Source: Ruditapes philippinarum (Eukaryota). From it: a stretch of DNA of 64,000 nt. Below the pieces are notes generated by a model. The model saw nothing but the letters and a program-made list of their open reading frames with translations. It ran no database searches and was not told the DNA's origin. The stretch spans positions 1-64,000 of the forward strand of contig NW_026861766.1 in the NCBI RefSeq assembly GCF_026571515.1. Direction: 5' to 3'. Both the position numbers and the translations under genes were made by a program. Positions 1 to 13,650 of the stretch are shown piece after piece (position 1 is the stretch's first letter; each line of letters opens with the position of its first letter).

Positions 1-884
1 TGTCCAGTCTCACTTAGACAGCTGATATCCCTTTTTACATAATTTGTCCTTTAAAATTTAAATTTTTTTTTTTTATAAGTAAGTTTTTCTACGTTCCCCG
101 ATTTTACAATTTAAATTCCCCCCGGTTTCCACATGATTCCCTATAAAACTGATTGTTAATGTAAAGCTTTGGGCCCTCTTTTAAAGGGATGCTTTCCTTT
201 TCCCTCCCCGCGGGTGTAACATGAAGGGATTAACTTTTCCCGGGCTGATTTTACTATTTCTTTTTGGGTTCTGTTTGATATTCCATAATAAAATCCCTTT
301 AGCTTTCCTTTGCAGAGTGAATTTAAGCGACAATTTGGTCGTGTTTTTTTCGGGCTGCGAAAGTACCCCTTTTGAAATCGAAAAATCACTAGTTTTCAAA
401 TTTTTTTTTTTTAAAGGGTTTTTTTTCAATAAATTGGGAGGGTTTTAAAATTTTCCCCTTTTTTTTTTTTTTTTTTTGATTTTGGTAACAATAAAATGTC
501 CCACATACTACGACATTTTAAATCCCCTTGTATTTCTTGACTTTAAATAATGCGATTTCTATGCTTTTTATGTTCTAGTTCAATTTTCGAACCCTTTTTT
601 TTATTGGCAAACTAATCTTTGTGATGCTCATTCATTTTCAACAAAGTTTGACTATCCGAAGTCGCGGCTAACGCTCTAAAGCCTTGTACTTTATTGACAT
701 TTAATTTCCATTGTTTTGATACGCATGGTTTTACTGTCCCAACACTACATTGAATTGTATCTAACCTGGAAAGTTTTTATTGTCCATACTAAAACCAACC
801 GTTTCATTATCATTGCCATAACGTTTTGTGCCTGGCGAGGCGGTTAAATGAACATTGGGCGTTCTTTAAATTTTATATATGTGA

Positions 885-1045
885 TAAATAGAATATTATA
901 TTCGTTTAGATTCAATACTAAATTTATTGAACTCGTTGAAAAAAAAACAATATTATGCTCGCCAGAGGCTCGCATACTATAATTTTATTCAACTCGTTCA
1001 ATAAATTTAGTATTAAACCTACACTCATTCAATATCCTCTATATA
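885..1045. mobile_element. Palindromic (foldback) non-autonomous element
   Basis: Arms AATACTAAATTTATTGAACTCGTTGAA (914-940) and TTCAACTCGTTCAATAAATTTAGTATT (988-1014) are inverted repeats apart from a TC/TC mismatch. Central TGCTCGCCAGAGGCTCGCA. Confidence 0.65.
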
Positions 1046-1211
1046 AAATCACAGTTTGACGTTCTATATTTAGACATATGACGTAATCATTATACACGTG
1101 ACGTAACCTCTAAAATGAGACGCGCTGAAAATAAGTACGGAAACAAATCAGGCCACAATTTAAGTTAATATCAGGTACGGCAGTATTTTTTTGTTGATAT
1201 CGTGTTAGAAT

Positions 1212-1390
1212 CGAAATAATAATATCCAAATTAGTGAATTTATCGCTTGATAACATCACTGTTTGTCGTTCAGGGTGCGCATCATTATATCACTCGGGCT
1301 ACGCCCTCGTGATATAATTCCTCGCATGCCGAACTCAAAAAAAGTGATGTTATTGAGCGATGAAATCACTGTTTGGGATATATTTTTCTT
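1212..1390. mobile_element. Palindromic element with central CACTCGGGCTACGCCCTCGTG hairpin
   Basis: About 80-bp imperfect inverted arms (e.g. ATCGCTTGATAACATCACT / AGTGATGTTATTGAGCGAT) around a GC-rich hairpin at 1291-1311. May form one composite element with 885-1045. Confidence 0.65.
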
Positions 1391-3348
1391 AAATAAGATT
1401 ATTATTTTTTTGCCGATCGACGCACTGATTAAATTGCGCATGTAGTCTAACTACTTGTACTACACGTTTAGTTATTTTAATATTTTTCTAATGGGCAATG
1501 TCTACTACATTCCCACCAGAACAAAAAAAATATCTTCGGAATCTAACTGAGCATGGTAGATTAAAATCAAGTATTTTTTGTTAGCTTTATGTGTTGACCA
1601 CACACAATAAAGGTATTTGGCAAGAAATGAAATATTATTTCTATATTCATGGCTGAACAGCAAATGCTTGTATAAACTACAAGTTCACGCTCTGTTAACA
1701 TCTTAATAACTAGGCCCATAATACAACACAAAGTGTTCTCCGGATATGGAAAATCAAATAAAAATTGTGATTTCAGCAATTTTGAGATGTTCCCTCTTTG
1801 CCATCTTAACAGAAATTTTAAGATTGAGCACGCCGTTACAAAGGCTATGGTCCAGTTAACATTTGTGCCGACTTTGATGAATATTGAAGCATATTTTATA
1901 GTTTCATTTCAATTTGAACTTGTAACAGGAGGCTTTTCAGTGACAAATTGCTCATGCAGTAATGGGTTAAAAGTTTAATGCCTCCAGAGTCAAGATGAAC
2001 CAAAACTATTTAAGAAAAGATCTTTAGAAAAATGATGATTTTAAGAAAAGTGTAATATAGTGGCACTGACGGTTTATTTATTGTACATACTTTAATAAAC
2101 GTCCTTGATTTAAAGTTTCATTACTTTTGGTTGCGAACATAATTAGCTAATTGCACTTCATTATAATGTACATTTCTATAAAATAATGTATCATAAAATT
2201 TCAAACGTAAAATGCATATATGTTTCTGGCAGTGAAACAAGTTTAAGTTATGTGTCTACTATCGTCGATTTGATATCTAGATATTGAAGTACAGTTCGTC
2301 AAATCGGACGTTAAAATAAATGGCAACTGTTGAATGTAAACTATGTTACTTGTTCCGGCGAGTAACATGATTATTTCAAGTCTGAATATGCAAACGTTCA
2401 TACGATTGGTTTATAGGGCGTATCAAAAGTTTGTTAAACGAAATATCATTAGCTACTCCAATATGTCCGTTGGCCGTCAGAAGCACGTGCAAAAATGTTA
2501 CTAATCTGGTTGTTTTTAGTTCAGAGAGGAACCCTCTCAGTTCTCGTACAGTTCTTCTTTTATGTTTCTAGAAAATCTGTTTTGATTGTTTAGGACAAAG
2601 TTAAAATATAATTGAATAAAATGCACAATACGATCGAGTTTTTGTTTCTTAAGTTGATAACGTTACAAAAGTTAAATGATTCAAGATTCAAGCAATAATT
2701 TTTATGTTGATGGCGATTAATGACTGGCTTTGCAGATTTTTATTTTAATTCTATTGAGTGAATAACACAGCTAGGTCAATTTTGACCTCATTTTGATAAT
2801 TTACGTTGACAATAAGTTCTGTCTGCAATAAATAAGATACTTTCTTTGTTCACTTCACACTATTTTATTTTTCATGAACATTTTTAAAAAATTCATTAAA
2901 ATAAGCATAATGCTGCTTTAAGTTCAATGATAAGATTAAATATTCTGTATAAATGTATCTGTTTTGAATACTAGTATCAAAATGTGGACAAAAAAGCGAA
3001 AATTCAGCTGAATACTGAAAATAAAGTAATCCATTATTCAGATTTTACATGAAATGTTTTATATATGAATGAAGACATTATGTGCGAAAAATTTATATGA
3101 TTTCTATGCTCACTGCGAAAAGATATTAAATAGGGATATGCTGTAGAGAAGAGATAAATACAAACATCCAATCGTCATCACTAGTAATGATAAACCTTCA
3201 GGGTTGTTACCTTTTTTCGTCGACGCATATAACTTTTGTATAGTGTTCATTTGCGCATGCGTTCTCAAACAATTTAGCTATAAATGTTTGAGACAGCCTT
3301 CGTGCGCGTTTTCTACGTGTTCATCTGACCGAAGTTCTTTTATTCAAT

Positions 3349-3589
3349 ATGTTGGTTTTACTTCTGATAAGTTTCTTAGCAGTAACTCAGTGTCTCACTT
3401 CAGAAGTGGAATCTACATGCTCCCGGTACCATTATGAAGAACAACTTCTCGAGAAAATGATAAGAATGGAAATAAAAGTTGAAGACATTGAAAAACGTAT
3501 ATCTAAAACGAACCAAAATGTGATTGACGTTTTAGAGGACATGAAAACCGAAAGGACGAACATAAAAAACGATAACAAGGAATTAAAAG
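3349..3589 (+). CDS. C1q-domain-containing protein, exon 1 (signal peptide + coiled coil)
   Basis: ATG at 3349. Hydrophobic leader MLVLLLISFLAVTQC, then CSRYHYEEQLLEKMIRMEIKVEDIEKRI heptads like those of bivalve C1qDC proteins. Donor AAG|GTTTGG is phase 1 and matches the acceptor at 7449. Confidence 0.75.
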
Positions 3590-5232
3590 GTTTGGTCGTT
3601 TATATTATTATCGTTTTGTGTCGTTTCTCAAAGATAATTTTGCAATGAAGGTATTAAAACAATAACTCTGAACTAGTAAAGCAAAAATAAAAGTTTTTAC
3701 GTTTTGAATTCAAATTAGAACCTTTCCCTAATACAAATATTATAAGAAAAATTTAGTAACATAATTATTACTTTACGTTTTGATGTTGTGGGTATTTTTT
3801 TTTAATCAAAAATATTTTGTCCTAACTTACATTGTTTTTTTAAAAGAAAATTGGGTTTTTTAAAACCCGTATTAATCTATAAAGGTCCCGGGGTGCTTAA
3901 TTTCCTCGCTGTTTCCTAAAGTGATTTTTTATAAGGGTTTTTGGGTGGGACCCAAATTTTAAAAAAAAAAACCCAAATTTTCACAAATATTTAATATGTA
4001 TATACAAAAATGAGGGGTTGTCAAACACGGGGTTTTACTAAAATAATTTTAAATCTTACATAAAAATAAATCATTTTTAAAGCTATAAAATAAAAATTAC
4101 AAAATTAACTTAAAGGGATTTCAGGGGAAAATAATGGAAAAAAATAAAAAGATTTTGATGTCCAAATCAAAAATAATAAATAAATTTTCTTGAAATTTCA
4201 AACATGAAAAATTTTTTTTTTAAATTTTTAAATATTGGGTTTTAAGCGTAAATATATCTATATATGTTGAACAAAATTTAGAGGCCAATAGAATCACCAA
4301 ATAGTTTTTAAAACAAGTCAAGTGACTTGAAACAAACCCTTGAAGTTACAATTAACAGATATTGTGGATATTACATAATTGAAACAAGCCTAACGTCATT
4401 CATTTTGACATGTTCTTTAACGTTTCCAGAGTTCACTTTGACAACTATTGTGCAATGCTAGCGCTCTAATCTGACCCACGCGGTCAAACCACCATTTTAT
4501 TCTTTATATGGAGAAAAATTTTGTTTCCTTTGACTGTCTAATATAATTCATTTTGAGGGCATTTACAGAATGAATGAATGAAAAAATTTCAAAACTAAGA
4601 AATGAAAAATTTTGCCTGCGTCTCTCCTTTAATAATCATCATTATTTTAGTTCTATTATGATTTGACGGTAACATCGGTTACTCTAAATTCGAAGTATTA
4701 GTACCAGCTACTAACAATGAACAATCAGAATGTGCAAACTATAAGAATAGTTATAATATATGATTGATACTGATGAACATATTAAGATGAAAGGGTATTA
4801 TTTTATTAAAGGTTTTTTTTTTATATTTTTATTTTATTATTATTAATATTATTTGGTATGTCACGAAATTTTCTTAATTTAATTGCGATATCCTTACTCT
4901 GAACTTGTAAATTGACGCTGTCCCATATCCAAGTTACTAGTATTTATATTTTCTAAATAAAACTTTAATGCATATCTATATAAGCACATTATTGATGATT
5001 TTAAATTAACATTTGAAAAGCCATGATGATAAATTGTAATAATTTTAGCGTGTAAATATTAATTGTTATGTTTTTCCGAAGGAAAGCAATGATAAATATA
5101 GCAGTATAAGTTAAACAGGAGCCGAGTTACACCTTTTGCAGTTCTTTTTCGATTTATTCTTCTACTTCATGCTAACTATATTTTTCGTCACAACTATTTT
5201 TTTTTGTCTCTTCCCGTAGTATGTTTTGCATG

Positions 5233-5350
5233 TAAGAATGAAAAATATTTCACTGAGTGAACACCAGATGCAATATTTTCATAAGTGGCGAAGCCACCAG
5301 TGAAAATAGAATAGCTGGTGTTCACGAATGAAATACATTTCCATTTTATA
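5233..5350. mobile_element. Palindromic element with central GTGGCGAAGCCAC hairpin
   Basis: Arms GTGAACACCAG / CTGGTGTTCAC and TATTTTCA / TGAAAATA flank the GCGAAGC mini-hairpin at 5288-5294. Confidence 0.6.
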
Positions 5351-5992
5351 TGTTTTTTTTATTTCATGCTTTTTAAAGTGATTTTAAGTATTTTCTATCG
5401 ACTTTGCCGCCTTACGTCGCGCATTCTCCTTTATGACATCATCACATCATGACGTCGCATCATCAATTCTGAAATATAGTTCTGTTAAATTACTAGATTA
5501 AACAATATTTTATTATGAACATTACATTTTCATGATAATTGACAAATAATAAATAGCAAGGATTGAGTAGAAAGCTGGAAAAGCTTTTTTTAGAAACTCT
5601 TTCCGTGTTAAATTTCTATAATTTTGTTGCATTTATAACATGATGAATGATGACATCGACCTTCTTTTCATAAAGAAGCAAAATTTACGTATGGTGGCAT
5701 TTCTTTTTGCCTGTTAATTCATTTAGTTATGATATTCTTTTCATTCGCATTCAGATATAGTCTACATTGAAAATTATATTCTATAAATTTCACTAGTGGT
5801 TTATCAGAATATAATCAACTGATATATTTCAGTAACACCGGAAACCATGAAATAAATGCTATTTCTTTATATCAATTTAAAAAAATGTTTAACCAAATAA
5901 TGCAAGAATGCCAAAAGTACAAAAGAAAGAAAATAGGGAATGTTTTCGGTGTAACAGTTGTTATTTTGGAAGATAAATTGGAATTGCTCAAA

Positions 5993-6122
5993 NNNNNNNN
6001 NNNNNNNNNNNNNNNNNNNNNNNNNNNNNNNNNNNNNNNNNNNNNNNNNNNNNNNNNNNNNNNNNNNNNNNNNNNNNNNNNNNNNNNNNNNNNNNNNNNN
6101 NNNNNNNNNNNNNNNNNNNNNN
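5993..6122. other. Assembly gap (130 N)
   Basis: Run of N. Confidence 1.
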
Positions 6123-6290
6123 ATATTATTAGATAAATAAGTATTATTTAATAAATAAATAAATAAATAAATATATAAATATTATTAAATAAATAAATTA
6201 ATTAATTGATTAATAAATCAATAAATAAATATTATTAGATAAATAAGTATTATTTAATAAATAAATAAATAAATCATTTATAAATAAATA
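6123..6290. repeat. (TAAA)n-rich microsatellite with an internal ~45-bp duplication
   Basis: Repeated AATAAATAAAT; ATATTATTAGATAAATAAGTATTATTTAATAAAT occurs twice. Confidence 0.9.
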
Positions 6291-7448
6291 AGCTGATGAT
6301 TACACATATTTCAGTATCTTTGTGATTACCATTTTTAACGCAATCACATACACATTGCTATTTGCTGTGATGTTACGAACAGAGGTATTATCTTTTTATA
6401 ATAACGCTAAATCTTGAAAATAGATCATCTAAATGATAGAAGATCGAGAAACCAGATCTTCCGCTTTTCTTATTCAAATATTAAGAATGGACCGACAGAT
6501 TACATGTATCGAGGGGTTTCCATATTATTGATGTATTTTATCGTTGTAATTTCATTTTCTACCTTTCTAAATATAATCATTTATTTAAATTAATAAAAGT
6601 TTTTAAATATCATAATTTGAGAGGAAATGTTCAGTGTCAAAGCCTGCCAAAGACAAAGAGGCAGAGTGCTTTAACTTCTATATGATCTCTTTTCTGAAGC
6701 TGATTTTTATGCAAGTGCTACTTGAATGGTAGCCAAGAACAATTTTATTTGAAATATATCAGGTATTTATAATAACCAAGTACAAAGTAGTCATATATAG
6801 GTCATATACCAATATACAAAGCTTAATGCTCAGCCTGCCAAGATCAACATAAAGATATTTTTTACATCTTATCTTTAAATAATAGCTTCTGGAAGGAGAT
6901 ATATAATATAAGAGATAAAGGTGTTTCGTATATTAAAGTCCTCTTTCATTCTAAGTTCAATTAAAACAATGAACCTATTTAGTATTTTATATTTGACAAT
7001 CTACTCATGGATTCCGGAGATTTTATATTAATTTTAATGCACTCGCCAACTTAGTTAGAAAAAGACTTTTGCCTACCTATTACTTAAAATTGGTCTACCT
7101 GTAGCTGCAAGTTTAAATTTAGCTGGTTAATGGGTTAACAGATCTTTAAAAACTGTTTGCAAATGTGTATGCTGATACGGAAAAACTTAAACGTTCTCAG
7201 AAGTATTCCTTCGTAACGATGAACAGAATAAAAGATTCTGTACATATAGTTATAACTTTGGTCAGTTAATGTAACTATCGCCAGCCCTAATATATTATCT
7301 ATCGACACTAGATTTCAATGACGATCACATACACATGCATGTACTGTGTTTTTTGTATATCATATGTTTTACAGCAGATAATGTTTTTTATTACTTCTAT
7401 TGATAGAAGATAAACATTATTTTTTCATAATTATTTCTTTCATTTCAG

Positions 7449-7876
7449 CTTTGCTGCTTACAGATACGATTGCATTTAAAGCACGTGGACCCACGGATTT
7501 AAGCCTTGCAACCGGACAGACCATTATCTTCGCAAAAAATATGTTAAATAAAGGTGAAGCATACAACAATAATACCGGAATATTTACGGCCCCAATGAGC
7601 GGAACTTACATATTTATGATTCATCTGTGTATTGCAAGCAAAAAATACATGAATTATGGTATAATGGTTGAAGATACTGTTTACACGTCTGGAACATTCT
7701 TTGATAATGACTCAATCACCTGTTATACTGCTGCCGCTCTAGTCGTCCTAAACGGCGGTGAAAGAGTTTACGTCAAATGTTTATTAGCTTCATCATCTGG
7801 TAACGTCCTTTATGAGTCCACCTCGTCAACTAATAACTTCTGGAACACGTTCTCTGGTTTGCTTGTTCACAGATAG
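7449..7876 (+). CDS. C1q-domain-containing protein, last exon (globular C1q domain)
   Basis: Acceptor TTTCTTTCATTTCAG|CT, phase 1 (an alternative in-frame acceptor lies at 7464). C1q motifs AFKA, IIF..N.GEAYNNNTGIFTAPMSGTYIF, LNGGERVYVK, NTFSGLLV. TAG at 7874-7876. Two-exon product is 222 aa; further exons could be hidden in the gap or noisy sequence. Confidence 0.92.
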
Positions 7877-8500
7877 ATTTAAACGCATTCTAAAAGGGAA
7901 CACTATTTATTGATACCGATAATATATTTTATGAATTACTAGATAAATTAGCGATTGCTCTCTACTGACTGTGCAGTAAAACATAATGTGTTTTTTGTGT
8001 AATGATGGCAAAGTTGATAAAAATTACATGTAACACAAATAGTTTACAATTTTTTCTGATTATAAGAAAAAAAAATCTTTTTCATTAAAAGAAATATCAG
8101 TTAATTTCATCATATTTCACTGTATTTCGATATGTAGTACTTGTAAAATATTTATATATTATCTAAGTTATCCAATTCAACTCTAAATGAAAGATTGCTT
8201 TTTTAGTCACAAACACATAAACATCATAGAGACAAGTGAGCTAGCTTTTTTAACTTCTTTAAGTTTTATGGTTTTGATTTTGATAATTTTATTTGTGTAT
8301 CATTTGTTTTTATTTGTTAGAGTTTCGATAATTTACGACATCTTTTGCTTGTGGGATTCAACTTTGTGTAACCTAAATTGATTAAACAATTTTAGCATTA
8401 TGTTTGCATTTTTTTTTATTATGAACCAACCATATTTTCAACATGAGTGTTCATAATTTAGTATAGAGCATATATAAAGATTACCCAATTAATGTTTTGT

Positions 8501-8757
8501 TGTTTGATTGATTGATTGTCACACCGAAACAGTATAGGTCATATGGCAACGTTCCGGCTTTACTGGTGAAGGAAGACTTCAGAACTGTGCTCTTCCGTAC
8601 ATTATTTCAGACACGAACGAGCACCTGAGTGGAAGCACCGATGTTCCGTAAACTAGCTGGAAAGCTTCCTTACATGAAAAAATCCATAGTCCCTGTTGGA
8701 ATTTGAGCCCACAGCGGTGAGGGGCAAGTGGTTTGAAGTCAACGTCCTTAACCGCTC
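8501..8757 (-). mobile_element. tRNA-derived SINE (Meta-like core), copy 1
   Basis: The minus strand starts with a tRNA-like head GAGCGGTTAAGGACGTTGACTTCAAACC. Core homologous to 45583-45830 and 53781-54029. (CAAT)n tail. Confidence 0.8.
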
Positions 8758-10229
8758 TAATTAAAACGGCGGTTACTAAATTTATTTCAAAAGGTCGAAG
8801 TTGACAAATAATAAAGACATTTTATAAATAAGTATGTTTGATAATTGTTATCATTATATTTTTTCATAGTTTGTGACCCGATTAAGTATTAAGTATATTA
8901 TTATAACAAAACGATATTTTCGAACAATCGTTGAGTCAAATAGAAGATAATTTTTATCTAGAATCTTTTTCCATTGTTACTTTTAAAGCGCAAAAAACTA
9001 GTAAATTGAGAGTAAACCGGTTTGTGGTATCGGTGTTAAAAATATACAGAAAAATAGCAACCCAAGTTGTAACGATCTTACTGTCTATAAGTAAGAATTC
9101 CGCTTGTAAAATGATTGCTCGCTATTGGTACCCCTTAGAAACACAACGACATATTGGTTTGTTCTGAATGCTGTACTATGGCGTTGTACAGTAGCTAGCA
9201 TAATTGCAATTTCATTTAAAACCAGTTTAGATAAGTTGATTGATTTCACACTGCCTTCAGTTTGATAAACAGTCTTAACCTTCTTTTTATACTTTTAACA
9301 CAATTATTTCACAAATTCAAGAGGTCAACTAATTACATATCTCAAAATTTTAAATAACGATCTACTTTTTATGCATTTGTTTTCGGACCTAATCTATGAA
9401 TTTGAGAGGTCAAGACGCTTGAAATAGTCGGCAATACCAACGTCATCTAAGTGTACGCATTTAGGCTTGCACTTACGCAGAACGAAATAGTTCCGAGACT
9501 CTATCATGGCATTCATGTAAACGTAATAACCGATCAACTGTCAAGTGGACTAACCATTTTATTTTACTAATTTTAAAACCTTTAGTTAACAAACACTATT
9601 TATCTATAAATGTTTTTACCACGTCAGTTCTTATTAATGTTCAGTTAACAAATATTGAAACCGAGAACCACGTGCACTGTCACCCTGATAAAATGGTTAT
9701 ATGAAAAAGTACAAAAAAGGGAAAAAGAAAAAAAGAAAAGTGCAAATTGAAAAAATAAAAGAATTAAATGTAAGCACGAAAATATTATTGTAGCCTGTAT
9801 CATCAAGACGCTTGCAAGAGAAATCTCATACGCTTGGATAATACAGACAGGTGTCCTACTAATCGATTATCTCCGCCCCCGGTCTTTGACGGTCACCGAT
9901 CTCCAAAGTCTCTCTTCTAATGATCGATTATTGTCAACTGTATAGGTTTTTTGGTCAAACAATTTTGATAAATGAAATATCTTAATATTATTCAAACTCC
10001 CCTGCAGGAAACCATGTTTACCTGTACACTTACTATTAATGTGTACAAATGCGTGTGTCCCAGTCAGTTCGTTTCCATGCAAATACCAAACTTATATTTC
10101 TCACATATTTTGTCGGATCCATTTATATCTTTGAAGGTAGATTCAGACTTAATTGAGGCAACTTTTGCCAAGCTGAATGTAAATCAAGATTTTTTCATTT
10201 ACAATTTTTGTACTGCATTGATACAATGA

Positions 10230-13200
10230 GAACGTCCGGAGATGTAACAAGTCGGGAAAATCCGGCAATGTTGCCAGTTGTCAAAAATCCGGAGATGGGG
10301 AGAATCCGGTGATGTTACCAGCTGGGGAGAATCCGGAAATGTTACCAGTCGGGGTAAATCCGGTATTGTTATCAGTCGGGGGTAAATCCTGTGATGTTAC
10401 CAGTCGGGTAAATCCGGTATTGTTATCAGTCGGGGGTAAATCCTGTGATGTTACCAGTCGGGGAAAATCCGGAGATGTTACCAGCCGGGGAAAATCCGGT
10501 GATGTTACCAGTCGGGGTAAATCCGATGATGTTGGCAGTCGTGGAAACTCCAGTGATGTTACCAGTCGGGGAAAATCCGGAGAAGTCACCAGTCGGAAAA
10601 ATCCGTTGATGTTACCAGTCTGGGTAAATACAATGATGTTACCAGCCGGGGAAAATCTGGTGATGTTACCAGTCGGGGTAAATCCGATGATGTTACCAGA
10701 CGGGGAAAATTTGGTGATGTTACCAGTCGGGGTAAAATTTGGTGATGTTACCAGTCGGGGTAAATCCGATGATGTTACCAGACGGGGAAAATTTGGTGAT
10801 GTTACCAGACCGGGAAAATTCGGTGATGTTACCAGTCGGGGTAAATCCGGTGATGTTACCAGTCGGGGTAAATCCGGTGATGTTACCAGCCGGGGAAAAT
10901 CTGGTGATGTTACCAGTCGGGGGAAATCTGGTAATGTTACTAGTCGGGGTAAATCCGGTGATGTTACCAGTCGGGGTAAATCCGGTGATGTGAGCAGTCG
11001 GGGAAAATCTTTTGATGTTACTAGTCGGGGAAAATCTGGTGATGTTACCAGTTGGGGAAAATCCCGTGATGTTACCAGTCGGGAAAATCCGGTAATGTTA
11101 CCAGTCTGAGAAAATCAGGTTATGTTACCAGTCGGGATAAATCCGGAGATGTTACCAGCCGGGGAAATCCGGTGATGTTACCAGTCGGGGAAAATCGGTG
11201 ATGTTACTAGTCGGGGAAAATCTGGTGATGTTACTAGTCGGGGAAAATTTGCTGATGTTACCAGTCGGGGGAAATCTGGTGATGTTACCAGTCTGGGAAA
11301 TCTGGGGATGTTACCAGTCGGGGATTATTTGGTGATGTTACCAGTCGGGGTAAATCCGGAGATGTTACCAGTCGGGGAAAATCTGGTGATGTTACTAGTC
11401 GGGGAAATTTGCTGATGTTACCAGTCGGGGAAATCTGGTGATGTTATAAGTCGGGGTAAATCCGGAGATGTTACCAGTCGGGGAAATCTGGTGATGTTAC
11501 CAGTCGGGTAAATCCGGAGATGTTACCAGTCGGGGAAAATCTGGGGATGTTACTAGTCGGGAAAATCCAGTGATGTTACCAGTCGGGGAAAATCTGGTGA
11601 TGTTACCAGTCGGGGTAAATCCGGAGATGTTACCAGTCGGGGGAAATCTGGTGATGTTACCAGTCGGGGTAAATCCGGAAATGTTACCAGTCGGGGAAAA
11701 TTTGCTGATGTTACTTGTCGGGGAAAATCCAGTGATGTTACCATCGGGGAAAATCTGGTGATGTTACCAGTCGGGGAAAATTTGGTGATGTTACCAGTAG
11801 GGGAAAATCTGGTGATGTTACCAGTCGGGGAAAATCTGGTGATGTTACCAGTCGGGGAAAATCTTGTGATGTTACTAGTGGGGGTAAATCCAGTGATGTT
11901 ACAAGCCGGGTTAAAGCCGGAGATGTTACCAGTCGGGAAAATCTTGTGATGTTACTAGTGGGGGTAAATCCGGTGATGTTACCAGCCCGGGTAAATCCAG
12001 AGATGTTACCAGCCGGGGAAAATCTTTTGATGTTACTAGTGGGGGTAAATCCAGTGATGTTACCAGCCGGGTTAAATCCGGAGATGTTACCAGTCGGGGA
12101 AAATCTTTTGATGTTACCAGTCGGGGTAAATCCGGTGATGTTACCAGCCCGGATAAATCCGGAGATGTTACCAGTCGGGGAAAATCTTTTGATGTTACCA
12201 GTCGGGGAAAATCTGGTGATGTTACTAGTGACTAGTGGGGCTAAATCCGGTGATGTTACCAAGCCGGGGTAAATCCGGAGATGTTACAAGTCGGGGAAAA
12301 TCTTGTGATGTTACTAGCGGGGTAAATCCTGTGATGTTACCAGCCGGGGTAAATCCGGAGATATTACCAGTCGGGAAAATCTTGTGATGTTACTAGTGAG
12401 GGTAAATCCGGTGATGTTACCAGCCGTGGTAAATCCAGAGATGTTACCAGTCGGGGAAAATCTTGTGATGTTACTAGTGGGGGTAAATCCGGTGATGTTA
12501 CCAGCCGGGGTAAATCCAGAGATGTTACCAGTCGGGGAAAATCTTGTGATGTTACTAGTGGGGGTAAATCCGGTGATGTTACCAGCCGGGGTAAATCCAG
12601 AGATGTTACCAGTCGGGGAAAATCTTGTGATGTTACCAGTCGGGGAAAATCTGGTGATGTAACCAGTCGGGTAAATCCGGGGATGTTACTAGTCGGGGAA
12701 AATCCGGAGATGTTACCAGTCGGGGAAAATCTGGGGATGTTACCAGTCGGGGGAAATCTGGTAATGTTACTAGTCGTGGTAAATCTGGTGATGTTACTAG
12801 TCGGGTAAATCCGGTGATGTTATCAGTCGGGGGTAAATCCGGTGATGTTAACAGTCGGGGAAAATCTTGTGATGTTATCAGTCGGGCGAAATCTGGTAAT
12901 GTTACTAGTCGGGGTAAATCTGGTGATGTTACTAGTCGGGGTAAATCCGGTGATGTTACCCAGTCGGGGAAAATCTGGTGATGTTACTAGTCGGGGTCAA
13001 AATTGGTGATGTTACCAGTCGGGGTAAATCCGGAGATGTTACCAGTCGGGGAAAATCTGGTTGATGTTAACCAGTCGGGGAAAATCTGTGATGTTACTAG
13101 TCGGGGAAAATCTGGTGATGTTACCAGTCGGGGTAAATCCGGAAATGTTACCAGTCGGGGAAATCCGGAGATGTTACCAGTCGGGGTAAATCTGGTGATG

Positions 13201-13650
13201 TTACCAGTCGGGGAAAATCCGGTAATGTTTCCAGTCGGGGAAAATCCGGGATGTTACCAGTCGGGGAAAATCCGGTAATGTTACCAGTCGGGGAAAATCT
13301 GGTGATGTTACCAGTCGGGGAAAATCCGGTAATGTTACCAGTCGGGGAAAATCCGGTAATGTTACCAGTCGGGGAAAATCCGGTAATGTTACCAGTCGGG
13401 GAAAATCCGGTAATGTTACCAGTCGGGGAAAATCCGGGGATGTTACCAGTCGGGGAAAATCTGGTGATGTTATCAGTCGGGGAAAATCCGGTAATGTTAC
13501 CAGTCGGGGAAAATCCGGTAATGTTACCAGTCGGGGAAAATCCGGTAATGTTACCAGTCGGGGAAAATCTGGTGATGTTACCAGTCGGGGAAAATCTGGT
13601 GATGTTACCAGTCGGGGAAAATCTGGTGATGTTACTAGTCGGGGAAAAGT
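10230..13650. repeat. 27-bp GC-rich tandem array (~125 copies), consensus GATGTTACCAGTCGGGGAAAATCTGGT
   Basis: Period of 27 read directly. An 81-bp three-unit higher-order pattern spans about 11860-12630, and a homogeneous block about 13250-13560. Confidence 0.97.

Noticed and set aside
156-448. Overlapping short ORFs at the window start
   Set aside because: They lie in homopolymer-inflated, low-quality sequence.
5885-6140. ORFs spanning the N gap
   Set aside because: Their length comes from Ns, and the readable part is too short to assign.
10230-13650. CRISPR-like array of palindromic ~27-bp repeats
   Set aside because: Units are contiguous with no unique spacers, there are no cas genes, and the context is eukaryotic.
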